A DNA stretch of 64,000 nucleotides, from the NCBI GenBank assembly GCA_965219455.1, contig OZ244744.1, forward strand, positions 4,864,001 through 4,928,000. The letters run 5' to 3'. The translations under genes were made by a program, and so were the position numbers. Positions 48,051 through 57,925 of the stretch are shown here, piece by piece. The first letter of the stretch is position 1. Every line of letters starts with the position of its first letter. The notes beneath the pieces were generated by a model. That model was not told the DNA's origin and did no database searches. It saw nothing but the letters and a program-made list of their open reading frames with translations. The DNA is from Candidatus Latescibacterota bacterium (GTDB lineage: Bacteria; Latescibacterota; UBA2968; GCA-2709665).

Positions 48051-48266
48051 ACCCCGCGGCCGCCGTGGATTGCACATCAGATCGACGTTCCGAAATGGTT
48101 CCGGACTCCCCATTGCAGATTCGGGGCGATGAACGGCCTCCGCAATGGGGCGCAAATGTTCCACTCGCGTTGCCGTACGGTCGCACCTTTGGATTCAACG
48201 GGGGGCAGGTTTCGGCGTTGTGGGTAGTCGGGGATGTCTGCATCCAAAGAACCACAGGAGGCGTTG

Positions 48267-48746
48267 ATGTTTAGCAAGGAAATTCAGTCGGCGCTGAACG
48301 AGCAGATCAACAGTGAATTTCTCGCCTGGTATACCTATCTGGCCATGTCCTCCTATTTCAAATCGATCAGTCTGAACGGATTTGCCAGGTGGATAGAGAA
48401 GCAGGCCCAGCGCGAGATGACGCATGCAATGAAGATCTACGAATTCCTCCACGAGCGGGAGGCGACGGTCGGGTTCAGTTCAATTCATGAACCCCCGTCG
48501 AATTGGCGTTCTCCTCTGGATGCGATTTCGGAGGCGTATCGGCGCGAACAGGAAGCCAGCGGACGGATCAACAATCTGGTCGATCTGGCAATGAGGAACC
48601 GCGCCCATGCGACCAACACGTTCTTGCAGTGGTTCGTCAACGAACAGGTGGAGGAGGAGGCGCGGCTTCGCGCCATTGCGAAAAAGCTGGAGCTTGTGGG
48701 TGATGATCGTTACGGGCTGTTCCTGATCGATCGCGATATGCGCTGA
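48267..48746 (+). CDS. ftnA: non-heme ferritin
   Basis: LNEQIN.E...Y.YLAM, EMTHA and FLQWFVNEQVEEE motifs; AGGAGG RBS. Confidence 0.9.
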   Translation: MFSKEIQSALNEQINSEFLAWYTYLAMSSYFKSISLNGFARWIEKQAQREMTHAMKIYEFLHEREATVGFSSIHEPPSNWRSPLDAISEAYRREQEASGRINNLVDLAMRNRAHATNTFLQWFVNEQVEEEARLRAIAKKLELVGDDRYGLFLIDRDMR

Positions 48747-48838
48747 ATCCCGCTGGCGTGAGTCAGGTGGCGATCTGAATTCGGCCGCTTCTGGAATGGG
48801 TACGGGGGCGGCCTTTTTCTATCCGGGGATTTACACCG

Positions 48839-49528
48839 ATGGTTTACGTCAAAGACCTGTGGAAAAAATACCCCGCTGCGTGGGCGCTCAGGGGTGTGTC
48901 GCTGACGGTGGCGCGCGGAGGGGTGCTGGGCGTGCTGGGCGAAAACGGAAGCGGTAAGAGTACGTTGTTCCGGATTCTTGCCGGGGTGACGCGGCCCACC
49001 CGGGGAAGGGCGCTGATCGGAAAGATTCCAGCCGGGTTCGCCACAAAGCGAATCGTATCTTATTTACCGGAAATCGATCCGTTTTATTCCTGGATGAGGG
49101 TGGGCGAACAACTGGAATTTCTTTCGAAATTCCGTTCCGGGTGGGATACGGGGCAGGCACTAAAACTCCTCGATTTCATGAACCTGCCCGACGATCGGAA
49201 GGTAGGCGCCCTGTCAAGGGGGCAGCGCGCGAGGCTGAAGGTCGTGTATGCGTTCTCCTGGCCCAGCGACGTGGTACTGATGGATGAACCCCTTGGCGGC
49301 ATCGATCCTCCGTCCCGAAAGCGAATTCTTGACGTCCTCTTCAATGAGTTCCGGCGGGCCGACCAGACGATACTGATTTCGACCCATCTGGTTTCCGAGG
49401 TGGAGCCGTTTATCGAGGATGTGCTGCTTCTGCGAGACGGCGAGATTTGTATTTCGGGCCCGGCGGGTCAGTTGCAACAGGACCACGGGGAGTCTCTATC
49501 TGAAATCTTCGCATTGTATGTGGATTGA
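48839..49528 (+). CDS. ABC transporter ATP-binding protein
   Basis: GENGSGKST, LSRGQ, LMDEP and STH motifs. Confidence 0.92.
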   Translation: MVYVKDLWKKYPAAWALRGVSLTVARGGVLGVLGENGSGKSTLFRILAGVTRPTRGRALIGKIPAGFATKRIVSYLPEIDPFYSWMRVGEQLEFLSKFRSGWDTGQALKLLDFMNLPDDRKVGALSRGQRARLKVVYAFSWPSDVVLMDEPLGGIDPPSRKRILDVLFNEFRRADQTILISTHLVSEVEPFIEDVLLLRDGEICISGPAGQLQQDHGESLSEIFALYVD

Positions 49529-49548
49529 GGAGATAGAGGTAATCTGCA

Positions 49549-50244
49549 ATGAGGATGTTTATTGCACTGTACATCAAAGAGATAAAGGACGTCAGGGGTG
49601 TGTTCTGTATCCTCGGGATCGGCACTCTGGTGTTGCAGGGCTGGGTCTTGCTGGCCGTTGAGACCCAGATGATCGCCCTGTTTCTTTCGGGTCTTCCCCT
49701 CTGGGCAATCATGTTTGCCTTGCCATTCCTGCTGGCTTCTTCGTTCAACGGGGAATGGCGCGGCAATACGAACCATCTGCTGTTTGCGCTTCCCATCCGG
49801 GCCGGTGTTATGGGTCTGTGCAAATTCGCCGCGATTCTGAGTATCGGCCTCCTGCTGTTCGCGATCGCGGGTACAGGCGTATACTTCGTCGTTTCGCGCG
49901 CCCCCCAGGAAGCCGTTTCCCAGATTCTGAGCACTTTCGGCGTCACGCCAGCGGCGGTTTCCGGATACGCCGCGGGATTCTTCGCTTCCTTTGTGCTCCT
50001 GTCGCTTGGCGTCGTGACAGCCATGGAGGGCGTCAAGTACACGGCCTCGCGTCTCAGAGGTTTGGCCGCGGCGGCTTCATTTGTTTCGTGCGCTGTCATT
50101 TATCTGACGATGGCGGGTTACTTCGTCGTCGCAATGCGGGAATATCTGTCAACTGGCGAGGCATTAATGGCCTACACGGTTCTCGCAGGCCTGGTCTTTC
50201 TGCTGATCGGGCTGTTCCTGTTTGAAAAATTCGTGGAGATCTAG
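49549..50244 (+). CDS. ABC-2 type permease
   Basis: Six hydrophobic segments and EW.GNT..LLFALP motif; follows the ATPase gene. Confidence 0.8.
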   Translation: MRMFIALYIKEIKDVRGVFCILGIGTLVLQGWVLLAVETQMIALFLSGLPLWAIMFALPFLLASSFNGEWRGNTNHLLFALPIRAGVMGLCKFAAILSIGLLLFAIAGTGVYFVVSRAPQEAVSQILSTFGVTPAAVSGYAAGFFASFVLLSLGVVTAMEGVKYTASRLRGLAAAASFVSCAVIYLTMAGYFVVAMREYLSTGEALMAYTVLAGLVFLLIGLFLFEKFVEI

Positions 50245-50276
50245 TATCCCGTCCCAGAATTGTGTCACCATTCATC

Positions 50277-50444
50277 CGCCTGTCTGCGTGCGTGAGACAG
50301 CACGCACAGGCAGGCCGGTTCATCCCGTCTCGCTGCGTTGCTTGCGCTACCTGTGCTGAGCCTGTCGAAGCAAGCTTGTCGAAGTGCCTTCACTGGCCGA
50401 CCTTGCGCCTGTCTGCGTGCGTGAGACGGCACGCACAGGCAGGC
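50277..50444. repeat. two 39-bp palindromic direct repeats (50277-50315 and 50406-50444) among ctgagcctgtcgaag motifs
   Basis: cgcctgtctgcgtgcgtgagac(a/g)gcacgcacaggcaggc, 38/39 identical; ctgagcctgtcgaag at 50356 and 50471. Confidence 0.8.
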
Positions 50445-50531
50445 AGGTCGGCTTGCTCAGGCGCCGGTTCCTGAGCCTGTCGAAGATCCGGCGCGCCCAT
50501 GGAAAAATGTTGAATACGAAAGGACGAGCCC

Positions 50532-53500
50532 ATGTCGGACAGGAAAGAGTCCCTTCGGAAGCTGAAACAGCCGAAGAAATCATACCCGGACACGATGCTG
50601 GTTAAACACGGAACGGCCGTGTCGGCGATCGTCTGTCCGGATGATGCGCGCTACCGTGAACTGGCTGCAGAATTGCAGGGCAGAATTCGGGATCTTTCCG
50701 GCGCGAACCTTTCCGTGGTAACGGATACGGACGCGACGACGCCTCCGGACCGGCATCTTCTCCTGCTGGGGAACGTGAATACGAACCGCGTGGTATTTCG
50801 TCTCTACGGATACAATTATACCCCTGCGGATGACGTGTATCCGGGGCAAGGGGGGTATCTTGTTCAGACCATCCACGACCCGTGGGGGAACGGAAAGAAC
50901 GCCGTGGGGCTGTTCGGCAGCGACCTGGAAGGGGTCTGGACGGCGGTCGGCCGGTTCACGGAGGCGCTGGATGGTGAAAAGACGCTCTCGACGGGGCCGC
51001 TTTTCGAGGTCCGGTTCGGCCCGGAAGCTTTGCGGATTCCGAAGCTTGAAGACGAGCCCGACGTCGATTCGGAGATGGAGGCCGCGGAGGAGGCGCTGCG
51101 CCGCGGCGAACATACCGGCCTTTGGGGTCGGATTGGAGAGCGGGGGTTGTTGTACGGGCTGACGGGCAAAGACGTCTACGCCGAGCTTTACAAACGCCTC
51201 GTCGATCGAATGTACCGGCACGCGATGTCCGACCCCGACAACTACGGCGGCATCTGGGGGTTCGACGCGGATTTCGCCCTTTACAAGGTGATGCCGGGGT
51301 GGGATCTCGTGGAGGAAAGCCCTGTAATTTCGGAGGACGACCGGCTGCGGATTACCCGGATCCTGTTTGAATTCATCAACGATTGCGTGCCTCACGTGGG
51401 CAATATGAAGATACCCCACGTGCGGCACAACCATACCACGTTCGCCGCGTTGGGGCTGCATTACGCGGGCACTTACTATCGGAAGTATTACGGGTTGCCG
51501 GAGGCGGATGCCTGGCTGGCGCTGTCCGACGAGTGTTTCCGGCTCCAGGCGCAGGCGTTCAAGCCCCACGAAGATTGCAGCGGGTACCAATGGCTGACCC
51601 ACTATCATCTGACCAGGTATTCGCTTTCCTGTGGAGATATGACGTTCTTCGAGAATGGGTGTGCCCGGAAAGCCGCGGACTATTCCATTCTGACAACGGA
51701 CAATCTGGGCTATGCGCTTCCTTATGGAGACAACGCGTCGCCGTTCGGCTGGTGGAGCGAACTGCCCTATCTGAGGGCGGCGGTTTTTGTGCTGGGGGAT
51801 GGGCGCTATCAGTGGATGCTGGACAAGAAGACGGCCGTTGAACCTCAATTTGCCGCGTATGAATATCACAGACGGGTAACCCCTGTGGAACCGGCGGATC
51901 TGGACGGGACGCAGGTGTTCCCGGTGGATCCGCTGTATTACGAGTCGAACCTTGGAGAAGACCATCTTCCGTTGAAGAAATCCTTCGATAAGGTGGTGTT
52001 TCGAGACGGGTACGACCCGATGTCGCAGTATCTGTTTCTGGACGGGCTCTCCAACGGCGGTCACAAACATTACGACGGGAATTCGATATCCCGGATAACG
52101 CAGAGGCGGCGGATCTGGCTGGCCGACTGTGACTATATCAAGTCTCTGCCCAAGTTTCACAACGGCGTGCTGATTTTCAGAAATGGACAGTCCGCCGAGA
52201 TCCCGCCGTTTGTCGAACTCGAGCGTGCGGCGAATTTCGACAGGTCGGGATTTTCCGAGACGACACTGCGCAACTACAGCGGGGTGGACTGGCACCGGAA
52301 CATTCTCTGGAATCGGGGGCTGTTTTTTCTAGTCATCGACGAGATGGAGGCTCTCAGGGAGGACGACTACAGTTTCAGGGCGATATGGCAGACGCTGGGC
52401 AATGTGTCCGTGCGCGGCGGCGGGCTGGCGGTGGAGCAGGATGGGGAGCGGTTTTTTATCCAGGGATTGAAGGGACCGTCTCTGAAACTGGAGGATGACG
52501 AGGAAACGGGGAAGAACTGGGTGGGCTATCCGCATGCGGACCCGGTCGTGCGGATTCTGCAGCAGATCGTGGACGTGCATTTGAAGGCTCGTGAGACGTA
52601 TCGGTTCTTCAATCTGCTTTATTGCGGCGGCGAACCGGCGACGCGGAATTTGAAGCTGACGCAACTGACCGATGGGGCTGTCCGGGTCGACGGAGGTGAC
52701 GAGGTCGTCTTCGCCGGCGTGGGGGAAACCGATGTTCTGAGCGAAATTTCAGACGGTCCGGCCGTGGCCGCGGCGCAGTTTCTGGTGTCTCCGTCCCGGC
52801 TGGCGATCGTGGACGGCACCCGGGTCCGGTGGGGCGACCTGGAACTGACGTCGGAGCAGCCGGTGTCTTTAGAATACGATCTGGTGCGGGGTGAAGGTCG
52901 GACGATGGCCAGGAACGCCACGCGGCTGTGTCTGTGGACGGATGGTCGTTCGGTCGTCACCGTGGATGGAAAACCGGTGGACGCGTCGGTTTCCGGCGGC
53001 GTGGTCGCGTTTACGTTGCCGAAGGGCGAACATCGATTCTGCCTGGTGCCGGACTCCGTGATGAGCTTGCGCCGGGCCGCATCCCGTACGGTGCGCCCGA
53101 AGGCGACGCAACCGGCGTTGATCCGACCCAGGCGGGGTCGTGTCGGTCAGTTGAAGGCGATGTGGACGTTTCCGGAGGAGGGGCCATTCCTTTCCTTGTA
53201 CGGTGCCGATCTGCTGCGGGATGGGTCGGATGTTGTGGTGGCTGGCGGCCGGGGTGCATCGGTTTGCGCGCTGCACGACGGTGAGGCGCTCTGGCGGTTC
53301 CGGACAGGAGGTGAGGTCCGCTCCGTGTGGGCGGCGGACCTGGCGCGTGACGGCAGGACGCAAGTGATTGCCGGGTCTGCCGATACGAAGGTCTACGTAC
53401 TGAACGCAACGGGACATAAGGTATGGGACTATGAAATTCCACTGTATTATCGTACGCCGATGTTGAAAACGGTGTTCGCCGGCGATATCGATGGGGACGG

Positions 53501-54230
53501 CAAGCTGGAGGTGATCGCCGGAGCGGAGTCGTGGCGTTACTATGCGTTCACCCACGAAGGCAGGCTCTTGTGGTATCAGATGACGGTGCACTCATCCACC
53601 CATGGCTGCGCGGCGGACGTCGACGGGGATGGCAGGGACGAGGTGATTGCCGGAACAGAATATCACCGCTGGCACTGTATCGACGGCAGTGGAGAGATTC
53701 GTTGGTCCTACCATCCGAGGACGGGCCCCCGGACAAATTCCACCGCAGCGGGCGATCTGGATGGCGATGGAATGAAAGAAGTGGTCTTCGCCGGGGCCGA
53801 TACGCATATCCACACCCTGAACGCAGAGGGTAAGCTCCTCTGGCAGTTCAACACCGGAGATGAGGTCACGCAGGTCGTGACGGCCGATATGGATGGAGAC
53901 GGGTTGGACGAGGTCGTGGCATCATCGATGAGTTTCAACGTGTACGTGATAAAGGGCGACGGACGTACACAGATCTGGCGCGCGGATCTCGGGGAGGTCG
54001 TGCGATGTATTTCGGTGGGTGATTTTGACGGCGACGGCAAACCCGAAGTGGCCGCCGGAACCGAGGACGGTGTGGTGCACCTGCTTGCCAACGGAGATGG
54101 CCGGACGGTGGCGCGTTTCAAGACCGGTGGCCCGCTGTTGACAATGACCGCCGCGGACGTGGACGGCGACGGTATTCCGGAGATTGCCGCGGCGTCCGAA
54201 GATGGCGTGCTGTATGTGTTGAAGCCCTAG
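50532..54230 (+). CDS. large heparinase II/III- or alginate-lyase-like protein with C-terminal FG-GAP/PQQ propeller
   Basis: HNHTTF, E.CSGY, YGD, GHKHYDGNSI and HNGV motifs; multiple D.DGDG..EV repeats. Confidence 0.7.
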   Translation: MSDRKESLRKLKQPKKSYPDTMLVKHGTAVSAIVCPDDARYRELAAELQGRIRDLSGANLSVVTDTDATTPPDRHLLLLGNVNTNRVVFRLYGYNYTPADDVYPGQGGYLVQTIHDPWGNGKNAVGLFGSDLEGVWTAVGRFTEALDGEKTLSTGPLFEVRFGPEALRIPKLEDEPDVDSEMEAAEEALRRGEHTGLWGRIGERGLLYGLTGKDVYAELYKRLVDRMYRHAMSDPDNYGGIWGFDADFALYKVMPGWDLVEESPVISEDDRLRITRILFEFINDCVPHVGNMKIPHVRHNHTTFAALGLHYAGTYYRKYYGLPEADAWLALSDECFRLQAQAFKPHEDCSGYQWLTHYHLTRYSLSCGDMTFFENGCARKAADYSILTTDNLGYALPYGDNASPFGWWSELPYLRAAVFVLGDGRYQWMLDKKTAVEPQFAAYEYHRRVTPVEPADLDGTQVFPVDPLYYESNLGEDHLPLKKSFDKVVFRDGYDPMSQYLFLDGLSNGGHKHYDGNSISRITQRRRIWLADCDYIKSLPKFHNGVLIFRNGQSAEIPPFVELERAANFDRSGFSETTLRNYSGVDWHRNILWNRGLFFLVIDEMEALREDDYSFRAIWQTLGNVSVRGGGLAVEQDGERFFIQGLKGPSLKLEDDEETGKNWVGYPHADPVVRILQQIVDVHLKARETYRFFNLLYCGGEPATRNLKLTQLTDGAVRVDGGDEVVFAGVGETDVLSEISDGPAVAAAQFLVSPSRLAIVDGTRVRWGDLELTSEQPVSLEYDLVRGEGRTMARNATRLCLWTDGRSVVTVDGKPVDASVSGGVVAFTLPKGEHRFCLVPDSVMSLRRAASRTVRPKATQPALIRPRRGRVGQLKAMWTFPEEGPFLSLYGADLLRDGSDVVVAGGRGASVCALHDGEALWRFRTGGEVRSVWAADLARDGRTQVIAGSADTKVYVLNATGHKVWDYEIPLYYRTPMLKTVFAGDIDGDGKLEVIAGAESWRYYAFTHEGRLLWYQMTVHSSTHGCAADVDGDGRDEVIAGTEYHRWHCIDGSGEIRWSYHPRTGPRTNSTAAGDLDGDGMKEVVFAGADTHIHTLNAEGKLLWQFNTGDEVTQVVTADMDGDGLDEVVASSMSFNVYVIKGDGRTQIWRADLGEVVRCISVGDFDGDGKPEVAAGTEDGVVHLLANGDGRTVARFKTGGPLLTMTAADVDGDGIPEIAAASEDGVLYVLKP

Positions 54231-54272
54231 TGTCCCGTCTCCCGGCAATCTATTGCCGGGACGGGACACTAG
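54227..54272. mobile_element. 46-bp CTAG-bounded MITE-like palindrome (IS630-like ends), probable bidirectional terminator
   Basis: ctagtgtcccgtc...gacgggacactag perfect 13-bp inverted repeat with an inner stem; lies between convergent genes. Confidence 0.6.
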
Positions 54273-54354
54273 GGGAGGCGTACGCGATTTCTATCCGGCG
54301 CCGAGATGCTCTGCTCCGCCCGCACAAAGACCGCAGGGGGTTTTAAGACAGCTT

Positions 54355-54915
54355 CTAAAGGCCAAGTTCCCGCGCGATGCCGGCCATTGCATCCCGCACG
54401 AATGCAATGTGTTCGTCCAGGTCCACCCCGAGTTCCGATGCCCCGGTGCGGATGTCCTCCCGGTTGACGGCCCGCGCGAATCCTTTCTGTTTCAACTTCC
54501 TGCGTACGGACGAAATTTTCAGGTCTGCCAACCTCCTGGAAGGTTGCATGAGGGTAACGGCCACGATGAACCCTGTAAGTTCATCCGCGGCGAACAGGGC
54601 TTTGTCGAGCAGGCTGTCTCTCGGCACGCCCAGATAAGTGGCGTGGGACTTGATGGCGTGGATGACGTCAGGGGGATATCCTTTTTCCGTGAGGATGCGA
54701 ACGCCGACCATCGGGTGCTCCTCGGGATCGGGGTGCTTTTCGTAGTCGAAGTCGTGCAGCAGCCCCGTGATGCCCCACAAATCCTCGTTCTGCCCGAATC
54801 TGCGCGCGTAGGCCCGCATTGCCGCTTCGACAGCCAGCATGTGCTTGATAAGATTCGGATTCCTGGTGTGGTCGCACAACAGTTGAAAGGCTTCATCCCG
54901 GCTGGGTAGTGACAT
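54355..54915 (-). CDS. HD (HDIG) domain metal-dependent hydrolase
   Basis: KHMLAVE, GLLHDFDYE, AIKSH, DELTGF and FARAVNR motifs. Confidence 0.9.
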   Translation of the reverse strand: MSLPSRDEAFQLLCDHTRNPNLIKHMLAVEAAMRAYARRFGQNEDLWGITGLLHDFDYEKHPDPEEHPMVGVRILTEKGYPPDVIHAIKSHATYLGVPRDSLLDKALFAADELTGFIVAVTLMQPSRRLADLKISSVRRKLKQKGFARAVNREDIRTGASELGVDLDEHIAFVRDAMAGIARELGL

Positions 54916-54929
54916 ACAGGCTCCTCGTG

Positions 54930-55544
54930 CTATGCCATGTGGCCGTTACCGCGGGTTCTCCGCTTGACTTCGAGAACGGTCTTCAGGGCGTCTTCCAGGG
55001 TGTCCGATACGGACCGCAGGCGTCGGTTCACGGAGGTCGTTTCCAGAAATTCCTGTTTCTCGGAGAGTGTCAGGTTGAGGCTGGCGGCAATGGCATAAGA
55101 AAGCTCCGATGGAGGACAGTTCGACTCCCGTCTCCAGTCCAGCCAGCCAAGCGAGAGTTTGACCGCGTCCTGGTAGAGTTCGAGGGCGCGGTTGGCGAGC
55201 TCAGGGTCCGCGGGTTCCCGTGCATCTTCGACTTCCTCCACGATTCCTGATATATAGGGGTGGACATCCAGGCGTTTTAACACCCGGAAACGCCTGGTGC
55301 CCCGAACCACAATATTCATGCGCCCGTCCGGAAACCGGGTGACCAGCTTTGAAACGGTCGCGCCGCACCCGGTATCGTGAAAGTTGTCGTCTGTGCCGAA
55401 CACGAGCCCGAATTCCGCCTTCGTATCCATACATCGCTTGATCATTTGCCGGTATCGATCTTCAAAGATATGAAGTGGAATCTGCTGGAAGGGAAAGAGG
55501 ACCAGTTCCAGCGGAAAAAGAGGCAATTCAAATGGCTCACTCAT
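54930..55544 (-). CDS. LON peptidase substrate-binding domain protein
   Basis: LPLFPL..VLFP...PLHIFEDRY, DGR.NI..RG.RRF and KQ..LE motifs. Confidence 0.9.
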   Translation of the reverse strand: MSEPFELPLFPLELVLFPFQQIPLHIFEDRYRQMIKRCMDTKAEFGLVFGTDDNFHDTGCGATVSKLVTRFPDGRMNIVVRGTRRFRVLKRLDVHPYISGIVEEVEDAREPADPELANRALELYQDAVKLSLGWLDWRRESNCPPSELSYAIAASLNLTLSEKQEFLETTSVNRRLRSVSDTLEDALKTVLEVKRRTRGNGHMA

Positions 55545-55616
55545 GTCGAGCCTCTTCTACCGGAGGGGGTGACTGAAGTGTGAGGTCTCCGAATCGGCCG
55601 GCGTCTTTGCGGCGGC

Positions 55617-56501
55617 TTACGGATTGTTGCGGGTGAGCGTTTCGAACAATTTCCGTGTGGCCATCGAAAAACTGCGCCCTTTGCGTTGCAGGACGCCCAG
55701 CGGGCGTATCAATGGCTTGCCGCGAAGCGGAAGCGCCTTGATGGTGTCTTTGAATCTTCCCTGTTTCAATGCCGATGAAGGCACGAGTGAAATTCCGATG
55801 CCGACTTCGACGGCGTGGATCAGCGTCGCAATGTGGTCCAGTTCCATGACCGATCGGAGGGTCACGCCGTGTTTCCGGAAATAACCGTCGATGGCCGTCC
55901 GCGTGGGAGCTTCAGGTGTGAACAGGATAAGCGGATGTTCGCCCAGTTCACCGGGACTGACGGTCGATTGCGTGCTGAGCGGGTCGGATACAGAGCAGAT
56001 CACGACCATCGGGTCTTGCGCGAACGGGACCGCGTCCACATTTCGTTGAGAGCGGGGAAAGGCAACAACCCCGAGGTCGATCTGGCCACTTTCGACGTCG
56101 TCGTAGATATTTTTTGCCTGTGTATACGACAATCGCAGATCGACTCCGGGATGGGACTTGATATAAGTTTTCAGAAACGGGGCCAGTTCCGTCATGCCCA
56201 CGCTGTAGATGGCGGAAAGTCGAACGGTTCCGGAAACCTCGCCGCTCAATGCCTGAATGCGATGTTGCATGTCGTCGAAGCGGCTGACGATCTCCCGTGC
56301 GTAGCCGTAGAAGATTTCACCTTCCGCGGTGAGGGAAAGCCGTCTTTTCTCCCGCTGTACCAGCTGACGCCCCTGTCGTTTTTCGATGCTCTTGAGTTGC
56401 TGGCTGACAGCAGATTGGCTGACGTTATTGAGCAGGGCGGTTTTGGAAAAGCTCTGGGTTTCCATGAGGTCGCAAAAGACCTTCAAGCTTTCTGTAAGCA
56501 C
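55617..56501 (-). CDS. LysR family transcriptional regulator
   Basis: SFSKTA...VSQSAVSQQL..IE helix-turn-helix, LTAEG and GIGISLVP; GTG start inferred. Confidence 0.92.
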   Translation of the reverse strand: MLTESLKVFCDLMETQSFSKTALLNNVSQSAVSQQLKSIEKRQGRQLVQREKRRLSLTAEGEIFYGYAREIVSRFDDMQHRIQALSGEVSGTVRLSAIYSVGMTELAPFLKTYIKSHPGVDLRLSYTQAKNIYDDVESGQIDLGVVAFPRSQRNVDAVPFAQDPMVVICSVSDPLSTQSTVSPGELGEHPLILFTPEAPTRTAIDGYFRKHGVTLRSVMELDHIATLIHAVEVGIGISLVPSSALKQGRFKDTIKALPLRGKPLIRPLGVLQRKGRSFSMATRKLFETLTRNNP

Positions 56502-56952
56502 GAAAAGGTTTCCAATTCGGTGTGAATGCCTTTTTCCGGATGCGAAGGCGATAGGAAGGCGCCCCCGGACGGCATGCGCCCGCATGGGGATTCACATATT
56601 CGGATTGCTTGTTCCATGAACGGGGACGACTCGATTTCGATCGCCCGTAACGGTGTCCGCGTTATCGGAATTCGACGCGCGGCAACGCACGGACATTCAG
56701 CCACGTCAATCAGTGGATCACGCAAGGAAAACTATAAGATTTACGAAAGCAAGTCAATAGAAAACCTATATGTCCGGGCGACGAGCGCGGGGAAGGAAAC
56801 GCAAGCCCGTGCGGCGGGCCAGTCTAACTGCTTGCGAACTATTAATTTTCTTGTCTTAAACTGCCCCTGGGGGTATATTTTGCGTTCCGCCCAAGCCGGT
56901 TCCGGAGGCGCGGAAACGTGGGAATGCAAGGGGTCTGAAAGGAAAAAAGATC

Positions 56953-57846
56953 GTGAATTGGTTTGATCGGTTGAAGTCCGGCATTCAAACGCTGGTCCGG
57001 CGGACAATGCCCGACAATCTATGGATCAAGTGCGAACGTTGCCATCAGACGCTTTACAGCAAACAACTGCGGCAGGAGTTCGGGATATGTCCCCATTGCG
57101 GCGCGCATTTCAGGATCGGCTATAAAGAGTATCTGGATCATATCCTGGAGGCAGGCTCTTTCGAAGAAATGGCCAGCGAGGTGAAATCCGCCGATCCGCT
57201 GCAATTCGAAGATCGCAAGCGATATGCCGACAGGATCCGGGAGGGCCGCAAAGCCACCGGGCTGGATGCGGCGGTTTGTGTCGGCATCGGTAAGATCGAT
57301 GGTTGGCGCGTCGGCGTGGGTATCCACGAACCGGCGTTCATCATGGGTACGCTGTCTTCGGCGGAGGGCGAGCGGTTTTGCCGCCTGATCGATCGCTGTA
57401 TCAGGGAGCGCCTGCCGCTCATCCTGATCTGCCGCTCGGGTGGAGCCCGGATGCAGGAGAGCGCGCTCTCCCTGATGCAACTGGCAAAAATCAACGCCAG
57501 GCTGGCGCGGTTTGCAGACGCGGGGCTATTGTTCATTTCCATACTGACCGATCCCACGACGGCCGGTGTGTCGGCCAGCTATGCCCTTATCGGCGATATC
57601 AATATTGCGGAGCCCAATGCGTTGATCGGTTTTACGGGAGAGCGGATTACCGGGAGCTCGGTGGGCGAGGAGGAATTGGAGGCGCTCCGTCGGGCCCAGC
57701 GCGCCGAAAAGGTCCTGGAGAACGGATTCGTCGATATGATCGTGCCGCGCAACGAAATGCAGCAGACGCTGGCCAGTCTGTTTTCACTATTATTGAACTC
57801 GCAATCCGACGAGGATGTGCGGGTAATGACCACGGATCCGGCCTGA
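56953..57846 (+). CDS. accD: acetyl-CoA carboxylase carboxyltransferase beta subunit
   Basis: LWIKCERC...CPHC zinc finger, SGGARMQE..LSLMQ, DPTT.GVSAS and AEPNALIGF motifs. Confidence 0.9.
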   Translation: MNWFDRLKSGIQTLVRRTMPDNLWIKCERCHQTLYSKQLRQEFGICPHCGAHFRIGYKEYLDHILEAGSFEEMASEVKSADPLQFEDRKRYADRIREGRKATGLDAAVCVGIGKIDGWRVGVGIHEPAFIMGTLSSAEGERFCRLIDRCIRERLPLILICRSGGARMQESALSLMQLAKINARLARFADAGLLFISILTDPTTAGVSASYALIGDINIAEPNALIGFTGERITGSSVGEEELEALRRAQRAEKVLENGFVDMIVPRNEMQQTLASLFSLLLNSQSDEDVRVMTTDPA

Positions 57847-57925
57847 GTTCGGCGCGTGACCGAGGATCCTGACGCCCCGCCTTCTGCATTCCGATTCCCG
57901 GACGGCAATCTCGCGAGAGGCAGAC

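Noticed and set aside
50277-50485. Possible CRISPR array
   Set aside because: Only two 39-bp units, a 90-bp repeat-filled spacer, and no cas genes.
50580-52295. 571-aa - strand ORF, and similar ones at 2892-4220, 17624-18637 and 46485-47468
   Set aside because: Antisense to well-supported genes, with no recognisable domains.
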